Counted from the first letter of the stretch, positions 39,763-54,444 are shown. The stretch: DNA of 64,000 nucleotides from Eledone cirrhosa (GCA_964016885.1 OZ024762.1:3844001-3908000), one strand, 5' to 3'. Notes: generated from the sequence alone by a model not told the origin. Translations and numbers: made by a program.

Positions 39763-40190
39763 TTGTACATAGATCTGTTGAATATGCATGCCAATTCTAA
39801 CACATATATGTCCTAGAAACGATCGTTAAATAATGAACTTTTTTTGGTTTAATATAAGGAACTGTTTCATTGTTTTATTCATTATTTTTTTAATACTTTA
39901 TATATAAATATATATATATATATAAAATATTTAAAAAATAATGAATAAAACGATGAAACAGTTCCTTATATTAAACAAAAAAAGTGAATAATAAAAATAA
40001 TTAACTTTTTTTGTTTAATATAAGGAACTGTTTCATTGTTTTATTCATTATTTTTTAAATATTTTATCTTGACTCTGTATTCCGTTTATCTTTCACCGAA
40101 AGGGATCTCTTCTTTCCATGATATCCGGATTACATTGAGTTCTTCATACGGATTGGACACTACCGTAAACTTTTGGTAGATTTATCTACA
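39763..40190 (+). mobile_element. (TA)n-embedded island, second copy of the 14105-14480 family, 5'-truncated within the hammerhead
   Basis: Shares cctagaaacgatcgt...ggattggacactaccgta...ggtagatttatctaca. Confidence 0.7.
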
Positions 40191-40204
40191 TATATATATA
40201 TATA

Positions 40205-40650
40205 TATATACATAGTTATAACCGAAACAAATGAGGTCGTGTAGGTGTCACGACAAAAAAACACACAGTCCACGCTGTAATGTGGCCGTGTAGGTAACAA
40301 GGTAAAAACCTCCCAGTCCAGACTGTAAACGTGGTTGGTGTTAGGAAGGGCATCCAGCCGTAGAAAACACGCCAGACAGTCCTATGCGAGCAAGACAACC
40401 ACTCTTGTCTCAAGTGGGAAAACTCTCGTCCAAACCCATGCAAGCGTGGAAGATGGACGTTAAACGATGATGATGATGATATATATATATTTTGTAAACG
40501 TGGTTGGTGTTAGGAAGGGCATCCAGCTGTAGAAAACCTGCCAGACAGTCCTATACGAGCAAGACAACCAATCTTGCCTCAAGTGGGAAAATTCCTGTCC
40601 AAGCCCATACTAGCGTGAAGATTGACGTTAAACGATGATGATCATGATGA
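40205..40650 (+). mobile_element. Two tandem SINE 3' halves with (GAT)n tails
   Basis: ggttggtgttaggaagggcatccagc...gacgttaaacgatgatg repeated. Confidence 0.75.
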
Positions 40651-40713
40651 TGATATATATATAAATCTTGGTTAAATCTTAACGATTTAACATTTCAGGG
40701 TATGTCATGTATC

Positions 40714-40770
40714 ATATTTTGTCTGATGAGGATGTACTGTTGTACATCCGAAATATGTATAATAAAATGT
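40714..40770 (+). ncRNA. Type I hammerhead ribozyme candidate (best in window)
   Basis: atattttgt-CTGATGA-ggatgtac-tgtt-gtacatcc-GAAAtatgtATA-ataaaatgt; perfect 8-bp stem II, 9-bp stem I. Confidence 0.8.
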
Positions 40771-40812
40771 AATTGATCAAAAGAACATCTATTTTATTAA
40801 TATTTATATTTT

Positions 40813-40847
<35 letters not shown>

Positions 40848-41254
40848 TTATTAAAATAACAGATTAAAGTTTAAGCAAAGAATCGCTGCTTTCACCCTGA
40901 ACAGGATCTATATATACAGGATAACAAATTATTGTTAGAGGTAGTCCACATTGCTAGCTCTGATGAATTGACTGGTTATAACTATGTATTGGTGATCGAT
41001 TGACGCAGAAACAGGCGGGTAGCGATCTCTAGACCTACCAGTTCAGAGAAACAATTGTCAATTTTTGTCCCAGGATGATTTTGTATTCGAAATGCGCATA
41101 ATAAAATATATGGAACTCTTTTAACCATCTTTTAATTCCTCTTTATTATATATACTCCAGTTCTACCAACTGTTGAGTGCTACTTATCTGATATATGCAT
41201 AGTTTTATTGTTCTACAATATTACTCACCTTCTACACATATATATATATGTGAT

Positions 41255-41592
41255 GGAGGCACATGGCTTAGTGGTTAGAGCATTAGCCTTGCAATCGAAA
41301 GGTTGTGAGTTCAATTCTCAGACCAGGTGATGTGTTGTTTCCTTGAGCAAGACACTTTATTTCACATTGCTCCAGTTTACTCAGCTGTAGAAATGAGATG
41401 ACAGGGACTGGGTTCCCTATCATTCCCCTGCAAAGTGGCCGTGGAGGTGCCACGGCAAAAAGGCACCCAGCACTCACTGTAAATGAGGTTGGTGTTAGGA
41501 AGGGCATCCAGCTGTAGAAATCAAGCCTGAATCAGTTCCCGTCCCACCCTTGCAAGCAGGGAAAAGCGAACGTAAAATGAAATGATGATGAC
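41255..41592 (+). mobile_element. Full-length family A CORE-like SINE
   Basis: ggaggcacatggcttagtggttagag head to cgtaaaatgaaatgatg tail. Confidence 0.85.
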
Positions 41593-42270
41593 ACACACAC
41601 ACAATATGTTTGTATTAAAGAATGCTCTTATTAAAACTTTTTTCGTTAGCATCCTATCGTGGACAAGTTCACTTTTTAAATTGACTGAAATCAAAATATG
41701 CGGATCGATTAAATTGAATGCATTAAATTGAAATCATCATTATTTTTAGTATTAGTATTTATATTTCACATGCATCACTGGCGCCTTTGTCGTTATTGTT
41801 AAACGTTTACAACCATCGTAATTCACACCACCGACAGCATTGTTAACTGATTAATATTGATTCCTGACAGATCGATAATAAACCAGGTTATAGACCTAAT
41901 TAACTATAGTATTTCGTATAACTTAGCATTAGTTTATATATATAAAATAATCTGTCGTAAAAGTGACGCAAAATAAAAAAAAAAAGTAGAACGCCATAAG
42001 TCTTGCCCTCCTATTTCCCCAGTGGAGGTTTTAATAGGCAGGCCTTTTCATAATAGGTACCAGTAATACTAAGGGGTGATGGGACGACATTTATTATTAC
42101 ACCATGGCTCAATTGTTACGGCTTGTGGTATGAAATGTTTACTCATTTATAATTCTTCATAATTTTTTTTTGCACATTTTTTATCCCCCCCCCCCCTTCC
42201 ACTCGATTAATTTAACTGCCACGAGCTGGAAATCTCTCTCTCTCTATATATATACGTATATATATATATG

Positions 42271-42357
<87 letters not shown>

Positions 42358-42911
42358 GTATATGTATATATGTATATGTATATATATGTATATGTATATA
42401 TATATATGTATATATATATGTAGGAGGTGAGTTTTATTGTAGTACAATAAAGCAATGCAGATATCGGATAAGAAGCACTCTACAGTTTGTGGGACTGGAG
42501 TTATGCGCATTTCAGGGACAAACATCATCATGCAATAATATTTGTGTTGTTGATTTAAAACTGCACTATCCACAAGTGTTTTTTAGCCTTCATATCATGT
42601 TCTCCTGTTTTATCTGATGAAAACACAAATATTATTGCATGATGATGTTTGTTTTTGAAATGCGCATAATAAAATATATTGAACTCCTTTAACCATCTTT
42701 TGATCTTATATTATATATGTATATATATATATGTATATGGCGGCGATGAATTAGTTTTGCGAGGTTTTTTATATGAAATCGTGTGTCGAAACAGATATTG
42801 TTATATTTGGGGAGGGTCATATTTGCGTAATATTGCCAGAATTAATAACAGAACATACTCACTGTTTGGTTGGTTTTCGCTTCTCGCTGTCTTTTATATA
42901 TATATATCTGC

Positions 42912-42942
<31 letters not shown>

Positions 42943-43033
42943 CAGCGAGAAGCGAAAACCAACCAAACAGTGAGTATGTTCTGTTATTAATTCTGGCAAT
43001 ATTACGCAAATATGACCCTCCCCAAATATAACA

Positions 43034-43682
<649 letters not shown>

Positions 43683-44044
43683 AATAATAATAAATATATA
43701 TAGTTCAAGGAAACAGCAAACAGAGGTACAAAAGTCTTATTAGTTTCATGCTTTATATGGAAAGGGGAAAGAGAGTTCAACGTGTTGGTCTTTAGTCCTT
43801 CTTCAGGAGTACAAAATAGAGACAGGATCACAAAGGAGACATACTGAAAATAAAAGGTAGTCAAAGTAATGTAAAAAGAAAACGAATATATATATAAGAG
43901 CTGAACTAGATGATGAAATGGCAAGAGCTCAGCTGTCGGGTACCAACTCTTTATAATATAGCCATGCTCTACTATCCTACTATCCCAAGTATCCAGTACT
44001 CTGTTGAGAATTGGTTCAACCAGTTTAGAACTGGTTCTATCCTG

Positions 44045-44375
44045 ACACACACACTCTTACACTCACCCTCACACATGCACACACTCTTACACTCACCCTC
44101 ACACACACACACACTCTTACACTCACCCTCACACACGCACACACTCTTACACTCGCCCTCACACACGCACACACTCTTACACTCACCCTCACACACGCAC
44201 ACACTCTTACACTCGCCCTCACACACGCACACACTCTTACACTCACCCTCACACACGCACACACTCTTACACTCGCCCTCACACACACACACACTCTTAC
44301 ACTCACCCTCACACACACACACTCTTACACTCACCCTCACACACGCACACACTCTTACACTCACCCTCACACACA
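44045..44375. repeat. 30 bp minisatellite
   Basis: Unit acacacgcacacactcttacactcaccctc. Confidence 0.9.
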
Positions 44376-44770
44376 TTTATATCCGCATGAAGTTGAAGGA
44401 CAAGAATACTCAATAACCAAGCAGAGTTGAAATATTTACTCTAAATAGTGACTCACTATTTAGCCTTAATAAAATGTGTGCGTGTGTGTATATATACAAT
44501 TTATATATATATATACAATATATATATATATATATTGTGTATGTATGTATGTACGTGTGTATATATGTATGTATAGGTGTACATACAAATATATATATAT
44601 ATGTGTGTGCGTGTGCGTGTATATGTATGTGTATGTATGTAAGAATTAGCTTTTAATGAACTCCCTTTTCTTGAAACCCTTCAACCAATGACCTACACCC
44701 ATCCCAATCCCCACCCTCTCCTACCAGCAGATAAGGAGAGACATAAATACTACCATTTACTTGGACAGTC

Positions 44771-44821
44771 AGCTTCCTGATGATTTATCACGAATGAAAC
44801 AGTTCTAGTCCTGTAGATGCT
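44771..44821 (+). ncRNA. Type I hammerhead ribozyme candidate
   Basis: agcttc-CTGATGA-tttatcacgaat-GAAAcag-ttctagtc-ctGTA-gatgct; weak stem II. Confidence 0.6.
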
Positions 44822-44901
44822 CTTCTATATTAAAACTTTATACTCTGCTATGTATTGAGTACCTTACTTACTGTGGTTACCTCCGATTCAACCCGGAATA
44901 A

Positions 44902-45040
<139 letters not shown>

Positions 45041-45504
45041 ATATATATATAATATTATTCACAACAGAAGGAAATCAATAAGCTAAGGACAAAAACAATT
45101 ACGCACCGCAGTAAAGTTTGAGGGCATTGCCTCATAAACATTTTCAATGCTAGCAAAGGCACAGCATTACTGCGTGTGATAGTGAGGCTAAGACATTGAA
45201 ATAGCCAAGCGCTTTCAGAAGTATCAGCAGATGTTTTTCAGTAAGGCAAACTGCCAATAATGACATCAAGTTAGCGACCAACCCCTCCCCAAGCAACTTA
45301 ACTGCCATGAGCTGGAAAATGTGTGTTTCTGTCAGTGTATCTCTAGTTGTGTGTAAATGTATATACGTTTTTGTGTGTGTGGTGTATATGTGTATATATA
45401 TATATATATATGTGTATATATATATGTGTATATATATATGTATGTGTGTGTATATATATATGTATATGTGTGTATATATATATGTATGTGTGTGTATATA
45501 TATG

Positions 45505-45536
<32 letters not shown>

Positions 45537-45754
45537 TAATGTGAATGTGTGTCTATATATCTTTGTTACACGACGCCCAGGTCTCACTATCATGTAACAT
45601 TGGTATATATATGTGTGTGTATGTATGTATATGTATGTATATTTTCTTAGAGATGGCAATGTATATACACCTGTTTTCTTTCAAAAAAGATCTTTTTTCA
45701 TTTCCACCCTGTCTGTCGCTTCCATCTTTTTATTTCTCCTTTAATTTCTCATTC

Positions 45755-45793
45755 TACTTTCTGATGAAGGATTAGTGTCTGAAACATTAAAAA
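45755..45793 (+). ncRNA. Degenerate minimal hammerhead candidate
   Basis: ttt-CTGATGA-aggattagtgtct-GAAAcaTTA-aaa; stem I only 3 bp. Confidence 0.4.
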
Positions 45794-46131
45794 CCCTTTT
45801 CTACTATATCAAGTGTAAAACTAATAATATATTTCTTCTTTGTACTGTGTCATTTGCTTTGTTATTTCGGTTTGCCTTTTGCATATATATATATCATCAT
45901 CATCACTGTTTAACGTCCATTTTTTTTCACACTGGCATGTATTAGACGAGTTATCCTGCTGTCAGCAATGCTAGGTCAGGTGAGTGATCATGTCTCACCC
46001 AGTGACAATGTTCTGACATGTTTAATGTTGTTTTAACCTGATTTTTTACCTTGTTATTGGTCACTTGCAGTCAGTCATGCATGGACTATTGTGCAGCACT
46101 GACACTCTTTAAAAAACCTCTTTTGGGGACA

Positions 46132-46950
46132 ATGGAAAATAGTTATTTTGAGATAAGATCGATTATCAAGTTTCTGGTGAAACTCAAATGGAAAAGGACA
46201 CAGATTAGGAGGCTTTAGTTAAAGTTTACAGTACTACTGATCAAAAGAAAACTGCTGTCTACAAGTGGATTCAGTGATTCAAACAAGGGAGAGACGACCT
46301 TGAAGACGACCATCGCAGTGGAAGACCAGGAACATCAAAAAATGACCAAAACGTTGAGGCTGCTCAGACTTTAATTGAAGAAGATCGAAGAATAACAGTT
46401 AATCAGTTAGCTAAGTCCCTAGACATTTCATATGGTTCGGCAAATTCAATTCTGCACGATAATTTGGGACTAAGCAAGCTTTCAGCGCGATGGGTCCCAA
46501 AAGCATTGCGCCCTGATCAGCTGATTCTTCGAAGTGATCTGTCTTTAGCGATATTAAACAAAATTGAAGTTGATGAAGAGCATTTCCTGACCAGAATGAT
46601 CACCGGAGATGAAACCTGGATCTACCAGTATGATCCTGAATCCAAACAGCAGTCAAAACAGTGGCTTCCACGTGGATCATCAGGGCCAATCAAGTTCAAA
46701 TCTCAAAAGTCGGATCAAAAAGTGATGGCCACCATTTTCTGGGATTCAGATGGGGTGATACTAATAGATTATCTTGAAGGTCAAAGAACTGTGACAGGAG
46801 CTTACTATGCAAATGTTTTAAGGAAGCTGAAAGAGGCTTTAGTCAAGAAATGAAAAGGGAAACTTCATGGTGGGATCTTGTTTCACCATGACAATGCACC
46901 AGCGCATTCTGCGCGGGTTGCAAAAGAAGTTCTTCGAGAATTTTGATGAG
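46132..46950 (+). pseudogene. mariner (DD34D-type) transposase pseudogene, truncated
   Basis: WVPKAL, ITGDETW, HDNAPAH; internal stops; ends before YSPDLAP. Confidence 0.9.
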
Positions 46951-47029
46951 AAGTGACAACGGAAGTAAACAAAATTTGCATAAAATTAGCAGTTGAAAAT
47001 TGCGAACAAATATCGTCCGCACCCTGTAG

Positions 47030-47560
47030 TCCTCCAAGCCATAACAGAGGAGTTTCAGACTGGCTGCCCATGGGAACTTCTCTATGCTGATGATCTGGTT
47101 CTTATAGCAGAATCAGTAGAGGAGCTAGAGAAGAAATTCTGGCTATGGAAACAGCAGTTGGAATCAAGAGGACTGAGAGTGAACCTAGCTAAGACAAAAG
47201 TATTGATGAGTAGAAAAGAGGACAAAACTCTGATTCCTTCAAGGAAATGGACATGTTTGATATGTAGAAAAGGAACTGGCATAAATTCTATAAAATGTAC
47301 ACAATGCAGATCTTGGGTACACAAGAGATGTAGTGGGATAGCAGGCAAACTAACAGGTAGGGAAAACTACGTATACAGTAGATGTACAGGGAAATTTGAC
47401 AGAAGTCACATTGATAGACACATTTTTCAAATGCAGTGGTTGATAGCTTCTGGATCTAGATGATCATATTAGCCTGAAAGGAGGATGTTCCCAAGCCATA
47501 GTATCTAGAATGAAAGTTTAGGGAGCTGCTTCCTCTGTTGACAAAGAAGGGTGATGTCCA
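47030..47560 (+). pseudogene. RTE RT fragment with Cys/His-rich (PHD-like) segment
   Basis: PWELLYADDLVL...GLRVNLAKTKV...CLIC...CTQC...HKRC; similar debris at 50040-50320. Confidence 0.85.
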
Positions 47561-47752
47561 GCAGAAGCAAGGGGGACAACCGTCTATGCATTTCAGGCTT
47601 AACTGGCCTTCGTTAGAACGGTCCTCCTTAATCTCATTAATCACTTCATTTACACAGACGAGAAAGGTATATTTTCTCACCTGTCTTCTAGTCCGGTATT
47701 GGCCCGGGGCATGCCTAACTTAATAGAACCACCTGGTGCGTATGCATATATG

Positions 47753-47789
<37 letters not shown>

Positions 47790-47800
47790 ATATATGCATA

Positions 47801-47857
<57 letters not shown>

Positions 47858-47960
47858 GTAGATATATATGCATATGTATATAAATATATATGCTTATGCA
47901 CGTGTATATATACATATACATATATATGTATGATATATATGCATATGTATATATACACGT

Positions 47961-48296
47961 GGAGGCACATAGCTTAGTGGTTAGAGCATTGGCCTTGCAA
48001 TCGAAAGGTTGTGAGTTCAATTCTCAGACCGGGTGATGTGTTGTTTCCTTGAGCAAGACACTTTATTTCACATTGCTCCAGTTTACTCAGCTGTAGAAAT
48101 GAGATGATAAGGACTGGGGTCCCTATCATTCCACTGCAAAGTGGTCATGTAGGTGCCACTGCAAAAAAGCACCCAGCACTCACTGTAAATGAGGTTGGTG
48201 TTAGGAAGGGTATCCAGCTGTAGAAATCAAGCCAGTGTCAGTTCCCGTCCCACCCTTGCAAGCAGGGAAAAGCGGACGTAAAATGAAATGAATGAT
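47961..48296 (+). mobile_element. Full-length family A SINE
   Basis: Similarity to 41255-41592. Confidence 0.85.
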
Positions 48297-48303
48297 GTGT
48301 GTG

Positions 48304-48349
<46 letters not shown>

Positions 48350-48534
48350 TATATAAAAGCATACTTACAATTTTGTATCAGTTGTGCTAGGGTGAGAAAT
48401 AAAATTCTAATTTTATTTTTAATATTTGGCAGGGCCAACCGTAAGACGCTCGGTATGCAAATGAAGCTACTCAGCCGATGTGTACTTATAAAATATTATA
48501 TATTTTCAACCGTTCAACAGACTGGCAGAGGTAT

Positions 48535-48577
48535 ACAGTCCTGATGAAGGGTAATGACCCAGAGACATGTTGATTGT
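48535..48577 (+). ncRNA. Type I hammerhead candidate with GAGA in place of GAAA
   Basis: acagtc-CTGATGA-agggt-aatg-accca-GAGAcatGTT-gattgt. Confidence 0.6.
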
Positions 48578-48873
48578 TCCTCAAAGCCAGTGTTGAACAA
48601 ACAGGTGATGATCGGATACTGACACGGCACAGCTTCAAATCAGGCCGTTTGTTAACAAACGAATAGAATTTTATTATTAATGTTCGATATAACCCATACT
48701 TACATATGAATATATGCATGTGTGTGTATGTATGTGTCTATATATATATATATATGTGTGCGTACGTGTGCATACTTACATTTTTGTATCACCTATGCTA
48801 GGATGAGAAATAAAATTCTAATTTGCATTTATATATATATGTGTGTGTGTGTGTATATATATATATGTGTGTG

Positions 48874-48944
<71 letters not shown>

Positions 48945-49333
48945 GCACATATATATATATATATATACATACATATGCACATATATATATGTATATATAT
49001 ATACTTATGCATTTATTTATATGTATGTATCATCATCATCAACATTTTATGTCCGCTTTTCCCTGCTTGCATATATATATATGTATATATATATATATGC
49101 ATTTATTTATACATGTGCATATATATATATATATATATATATACATATGTACATCACGGACGTTAAACGATGATGATGATGATGATGGTATATACATAAG
49201 TATATATATACTTATGCATTTATTTATATATATATGTATATGTATACATATGCATTTATTTATACATATGCACATATATATGTATATATATATCCTCATA
49301 TATATATGTATACATATATACATATACTTATGC

Positions 49334-49379
<46 letters not shown>

Positions 49380-51384
49380 GCATAAGTATATGTATATATG
49401 TATACATATACATGTATATATATATATATATATACACACATATATACATATATAATATATTTCTTCTTTGTACTGTATATATATATATATACATATATAT
49501 ATATACATATATATATATATACATATATATATATGCATATACATGTATATATATATATATACATATATATATATGCATACATATACATGTATATATATAT
49601 CTATATATACATATATAATATATTTCTTCTTTGTACTGTATATATATATATATATATATACATATATATACATATATATATCTCATTATTATATTTCATT
49701 TATATATACATATATATATATACATATATATACATATATATCTATATATACACATATATGTATATAAAATATGATATTGTAAGAGTTATTTTTCCTTCAT
49801 GTTGTTCTTAGATTTTCCAAATTGCTAGGAATTGCCTCAGCAAATTGAAAATTTTCCACTCTCTATATTTAGCCTTGTATACTACTGAACACAACTGTAC
49901 ACCATCTAGAACTTTCTTCTCTGGTAGTTTTCCTCTATCCAATATTGACACACTTAATCAATGCAAATTCTTTCTTGTCTGCCTTTCCTCTATATTCTAT
50001 CTAAGTCATGATAACTTCTACATGAAGGGCTCTGATACCACCAGAGGAACAACTGGCTGTGGTTGATATATAGTAAGGGACTATGTAGGGACTTTATACG
50101 GTGTACACAATGTAGATCTTGGTTACATATGAGGTGTAGTGGTATAGCAGGCTTTTGTTCTGATAGAGAAATCAGTGGAAGAGCTAAACAAAGGAATTTT
50201 GGTAGAGAGTAAATTTGGGGAAAAACAAAGGTTTTAGTAAATAGGAAAGAAAACAGGAGCCTGATTCCATCTGGAAAGTGGTTGTGCTTGATGTGTGGAA
50301 AAAGAGTAGATAGGAATTTTATGTCATCATCTTCATCATTGGCAGCGTTTTATGTCAGCTTCTCCATTCTATCATGGGTTGGATGGGTCCTTCCTTGTCT
50401 GTGAGCTTCAGCGATTTGAGATTAGCTCTCTCACAGCCTCTGCCCAGGTCTTCCTTGATCTCCCTCTACTGCAACTTCCTTTCTTTGGAATTTCTGGATA
50501 CTTCTTCGCCCAATCATCATCACCCATACACATCACGTGTCCATCTCTTCTGAGATGTTCAGACCTTCAGAGAGGAACGGGATCTGAAGACACTATGTTC
50601 TGAGTTTAAATCCCACCTGGTTAACTTTGCCTTTCTTCCTTTCCAGGTTGACATAAAGTACCAGTCAAGTACTGGGGTTGATTTTTCCTCTATCTCTCCT
50701 TATTACTTTCTCTTGCTTGGTCTCTTTTTCTGGAATATAGCGAGTGTATTCCGACCTGGAGAGTAACGGGCTCTGCCAGGTTTAACCCTTTAGCATTTAA
50801 ACTGGCCATATCTGACCAGAATTCTCTTGCCTCTTTCTATTCAAACTGGCTGTAACTGGCCACTCATACTGATGTTAAGGTATTGTTCTCAAAATAGATA
50901 ATATTAAAATCTCATAGATTCAATATTATGTGAGATAAAGCCTTTACCACAAAAATACAATGGAGGCACATGGCTTAGTGGTTAGAGCATTGGCCTTGCG
51001 ATCGAAAGGTTGTGAGTTCAATTCTCAGACTGGGTGATGTGTTGTTTCCTTGAGCAAGACACTTTATCCATGTTGATGGATAATAAAGGTAGTTGTAGTA
51101 TATGCAACTTCTCACAGAGGCAAGGTTGACAGTTGCGAGCTCCGAGACAGCAAGGCATGTGCTGTGCCCAGGATTCCACTTATGCCCAGTTTGTTTCTCC
51201 ACTCATCTGTACCTTTTTATCCAACTGTCATTATACACGTTGTATCTCCATACCAGTGGAGTCTTCTCTTACGCACCACATAGGATTCCTCTTACACAAA
51301 GTTTTTTTCTTAATGTATTGTTTTTCCTCATAACTATCATCACTATCTTCATCGTCATGATGATGATTAAATTATAACAGTTTG

Positions 51385-52002
51385 TCACCATCATCATCAT
51401 CACCATTAACATCATTATTGTCATCACCATCATCATCACCATCACCATCATCACCATCACCACCATCATCACCACAACCACCACCACCATCATCACCATC
51501 ACCACAACCACCACCGTCATCACCATCACCACCATCATCACCACAACCACCACCATCATCATCATCACCATCATCATCACCATCATCATCACCATCATCT
51601 CAACCACCACCATCATCACCACCACCACCATCATCATCATCATCACCATCATCACCATCATCATCACCATCACCACCACCATCATCATCATCACCATCAC
51701 CACCACCATCATCACCACCACCATCATCATCACCATCACCATCATCATCACCATCACCACCACCATCATCACCACCACCACCATCATCATCACCACCATC
51801 ATCATCATCACCATCACCATCATCATCACCATCACCACCACCATCACCATCACCATCACCATCACCACCACCATCATCACCACCACCACCATCATCATCA
51901 CCACCACCATCATCATCACCACCATCATCATCACCACCACCATCATCATCATCACCACCATCATCACCACCACCATCATCACCACCACCATCACCATCAT
52001 CT
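51385..52002. repeat. (CAT/CAC)n trinucleotide array
   Basis: Direct. Confidence 0.95.
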
Positions 52003-52094
52003 TTACGATTACATTATAACAATTATAAATGTATATTTTGTGTTCTATATTTTTGTTTTCCCGGTGTCTTTCCTTTGTGTTTCTGTGAGAACAG

Positions 52095-52401
52095 AGCAGC
52101 CTGCTCAACCACAAGTTGATCCCTAACCAACAATCCGTGACTACGTTGTCGAAGATATCATATTTGGCATCGCTGGACGACGTCTGTGACATCGACAAGG
52201 AGAAGGAGAAGAATGGAAAGAGGGGCTTCAATGTGTTTGAAGTAATGTTGCTCATGGTGTTGTCGTTGAATCTTTTCATGATGATGGGTTTCCTCGGCTG
52301 CATGGGTCTCTTCTATGTTGAGCTCTTGGATGAATTCCACCTGTCACGCTCCATTGCCTCGATGGTTGTCTCCATACCCTGGGGTGTTGCTTTTGGAAGT
52401 G
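52095..52401 (+). CDS. Exon of a monocarboxylate transporter-like (SLC16/MFS) gene, TM1-TM2
   Basis: VMLLMVLSLNLFMMMGFLGCMGLFYVELLDEFHLSRSIASMVVSI...G; acceptor CAG 52092-94; donor G|GTAAGT, phase 1. Confidence 0.75.
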
Positions 52402-52453
52402 GTAAGTCATAAAAATAATTTCTAAACAATATATATATATATATGTATATATA

Positions 52454-52494
<41 letters not shown>

Positions 52495-52616
52495 GCATAT
52501 ATATATATATATATATTTTAGTCAGAATTTGTTCCGATACTTAGTGTATATATATAGTTTTAATGTGTTTCTATATTTAGTGTGTGTATATATGTGTATA
52601 TATATATATAGTCTGA

Positions 52617-52660
<44 letters not shown>

Positions 52661-52666
52661 ATATTC

Positions 52667-52697
<31 letters not shown>

Positions 52698-52978
52698 TGA
52701 AAGTCATTAAAAATTGTCACTAACGTTTTGTCATTTACTTCAACTAAGAAGATTTTAATCTCATTGAGAATATTTTTTGCATACATCATTCAGTACACCA
52801 CCACCTACATGAATTCATGACATCGGCTCACTTGAGTTATGTCCCTTAGTTTAGTTCATTTCATTTTTTTTTTATTGAAATTATTATGCAAACTGTACTC
52901 ATCAAAGTTCTTTTGTCACACTTCTACTTGTAAAAAAAAAAATCTGTTTGTTGATCAATGCAGGCTTGATCAGACTGT

Positions 52979-53021
52979 GCTTTACTGATGATGTCTAATC
53001 AGACTGAAATATGTCTCTAGC
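52979..53021 (+). ncRNA. Degenerate hammerhead candidate
   Basis: gcttta-CTGATGA-tgtct-aatc-agact-GAAAtatGTC-tctagc; stem I 4 of 6 pairs. Confidence 0.45.
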
Positions 53022-53438
53022 TGTCACTTTGCCTGCTAACAAAGATCAAATTTTTTATTTCTCTGAGCAGGAAAGTTAGTTCATCTGTGAAATTATTTCT
53101 TAATTTCTGGAAATTTTAATTTATTCGTACATATATATAAAGATTTTATTATATATATATACATTATAGCTGATCTTGTGAATATGGAACCTCTGAAAAA
53201 TGGCGAAGAAGGTGTTATAAAATCCATGGCACATCGTAGGGTTTATACTTATGGATGGCCATCATTATCCCAATCAAACAGCTGCGCCTGATGCCTATTT
53301 TATTTCATTTACATAATAACACCCGCACTAATTCTCTTCTCCCTTCTACACACATCAGTTTTTGAAATTATTTCCCCCTTTTTCTTTGAAAGTTGTAAAC
53401 AATTACCGCTAGGTTTTTGTTTTCTTTCTCCAACTACA

Positions 53439-53710
53439 GACCTGTCAACTCTCCCTGTCTGACGAGGAGATCTCCCACCCACTCCACAGTGGGTGGGAGA
53501 TGTCTTCTCTTGTGAAAATGGGTATAGCTTTCTCATCCTTACGGGGTCGATAAAATGAAGTACCAGTAATGTACTGGGTAATTGATGGCCTTGTGCCAAT
53601 AGTAGAAACAATTATGTAAAATCTCCCCATTTTGCCTCATTTCTCCCCATTTTGGGGCAATTTTTTTTCATAGTACTCCCTGTTTACTTTTTAGAGGTTG
53701 GCAAGGTCTG
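53439..53710. mobile_element. MITE (same family as 10773-10966) interrupted by a family B SINE fragment (about 53533-53615)
   Basis: TIR cagacctgtcaac / gttggcaaggtctg. Confidence 0.65.
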
Positions 53711-54395
53711 CAATTTTGATTTCGGTAAGAATCATTTTGCATACATTATTCAGTACATTACCTACTTAAATTACACACACATGCACACACTCATGTATAT
53801 AGTATATATATAATTTATACACATGCATATTCACTTCTATAATATTCATTCAAAGTAAGATAAAGATTAATATATATGTATATATAATTTATGATGATAA
53901 ATTAGAATTTTTATGAATAGAAGCCATTTTAAGTTTATATATTTTTAAATGACTTTCTTTCCTATTTTTTTCTTCTTTTTGTTTTTAAATTCTGAAGTAG
54001 ATATTTATTTATTTATTTATTTATTTTATTTTATTTTTAATTTATTTTATTATTTTTGTTTTTGTTAATTCTACATTGTTATTTTCATTTTTGCTTTAAA
54101 AATTTAAAAACAAAATATATCGTATTTGTAATTATTTTGATTACTCAGTTTACACAACACATCCACTAAATATCTTCCCCAGCCCCTCTCCTCCTTCTTA
54201 ACATCTTCACATCATTTACTCCATCTTCACATCATATACTAAGTAATTAACTAAATACGCCCCCCCCCCCACACACACACTTCTTCTTAACATCATCATC
54301 ATCCTCCCCAAAACTCCATCTTCACATCATTTTATAACCAGTTTATTTGGCTGACAGCAAACAACAGTAAAAATAGTCACAACATCACAACAACA

Positions 54396-54444
<49 letters not shown>

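Noticed and set aside
41255-41330. tRNA genes
   Set aside because: tRNA-like heads continue into SINE bodies; no complete cloverleaf verified
43770-43812. Minus-strand CTGAAGA hammerhead-like motif
   Set aside because: GAAA and stem I are not intact; at most a decayed copy
46955-47029. caccctgta end as the TIR of the mariner pseudogene
   Set aside because: No matching left TIR found; probably an unrelated MITE end
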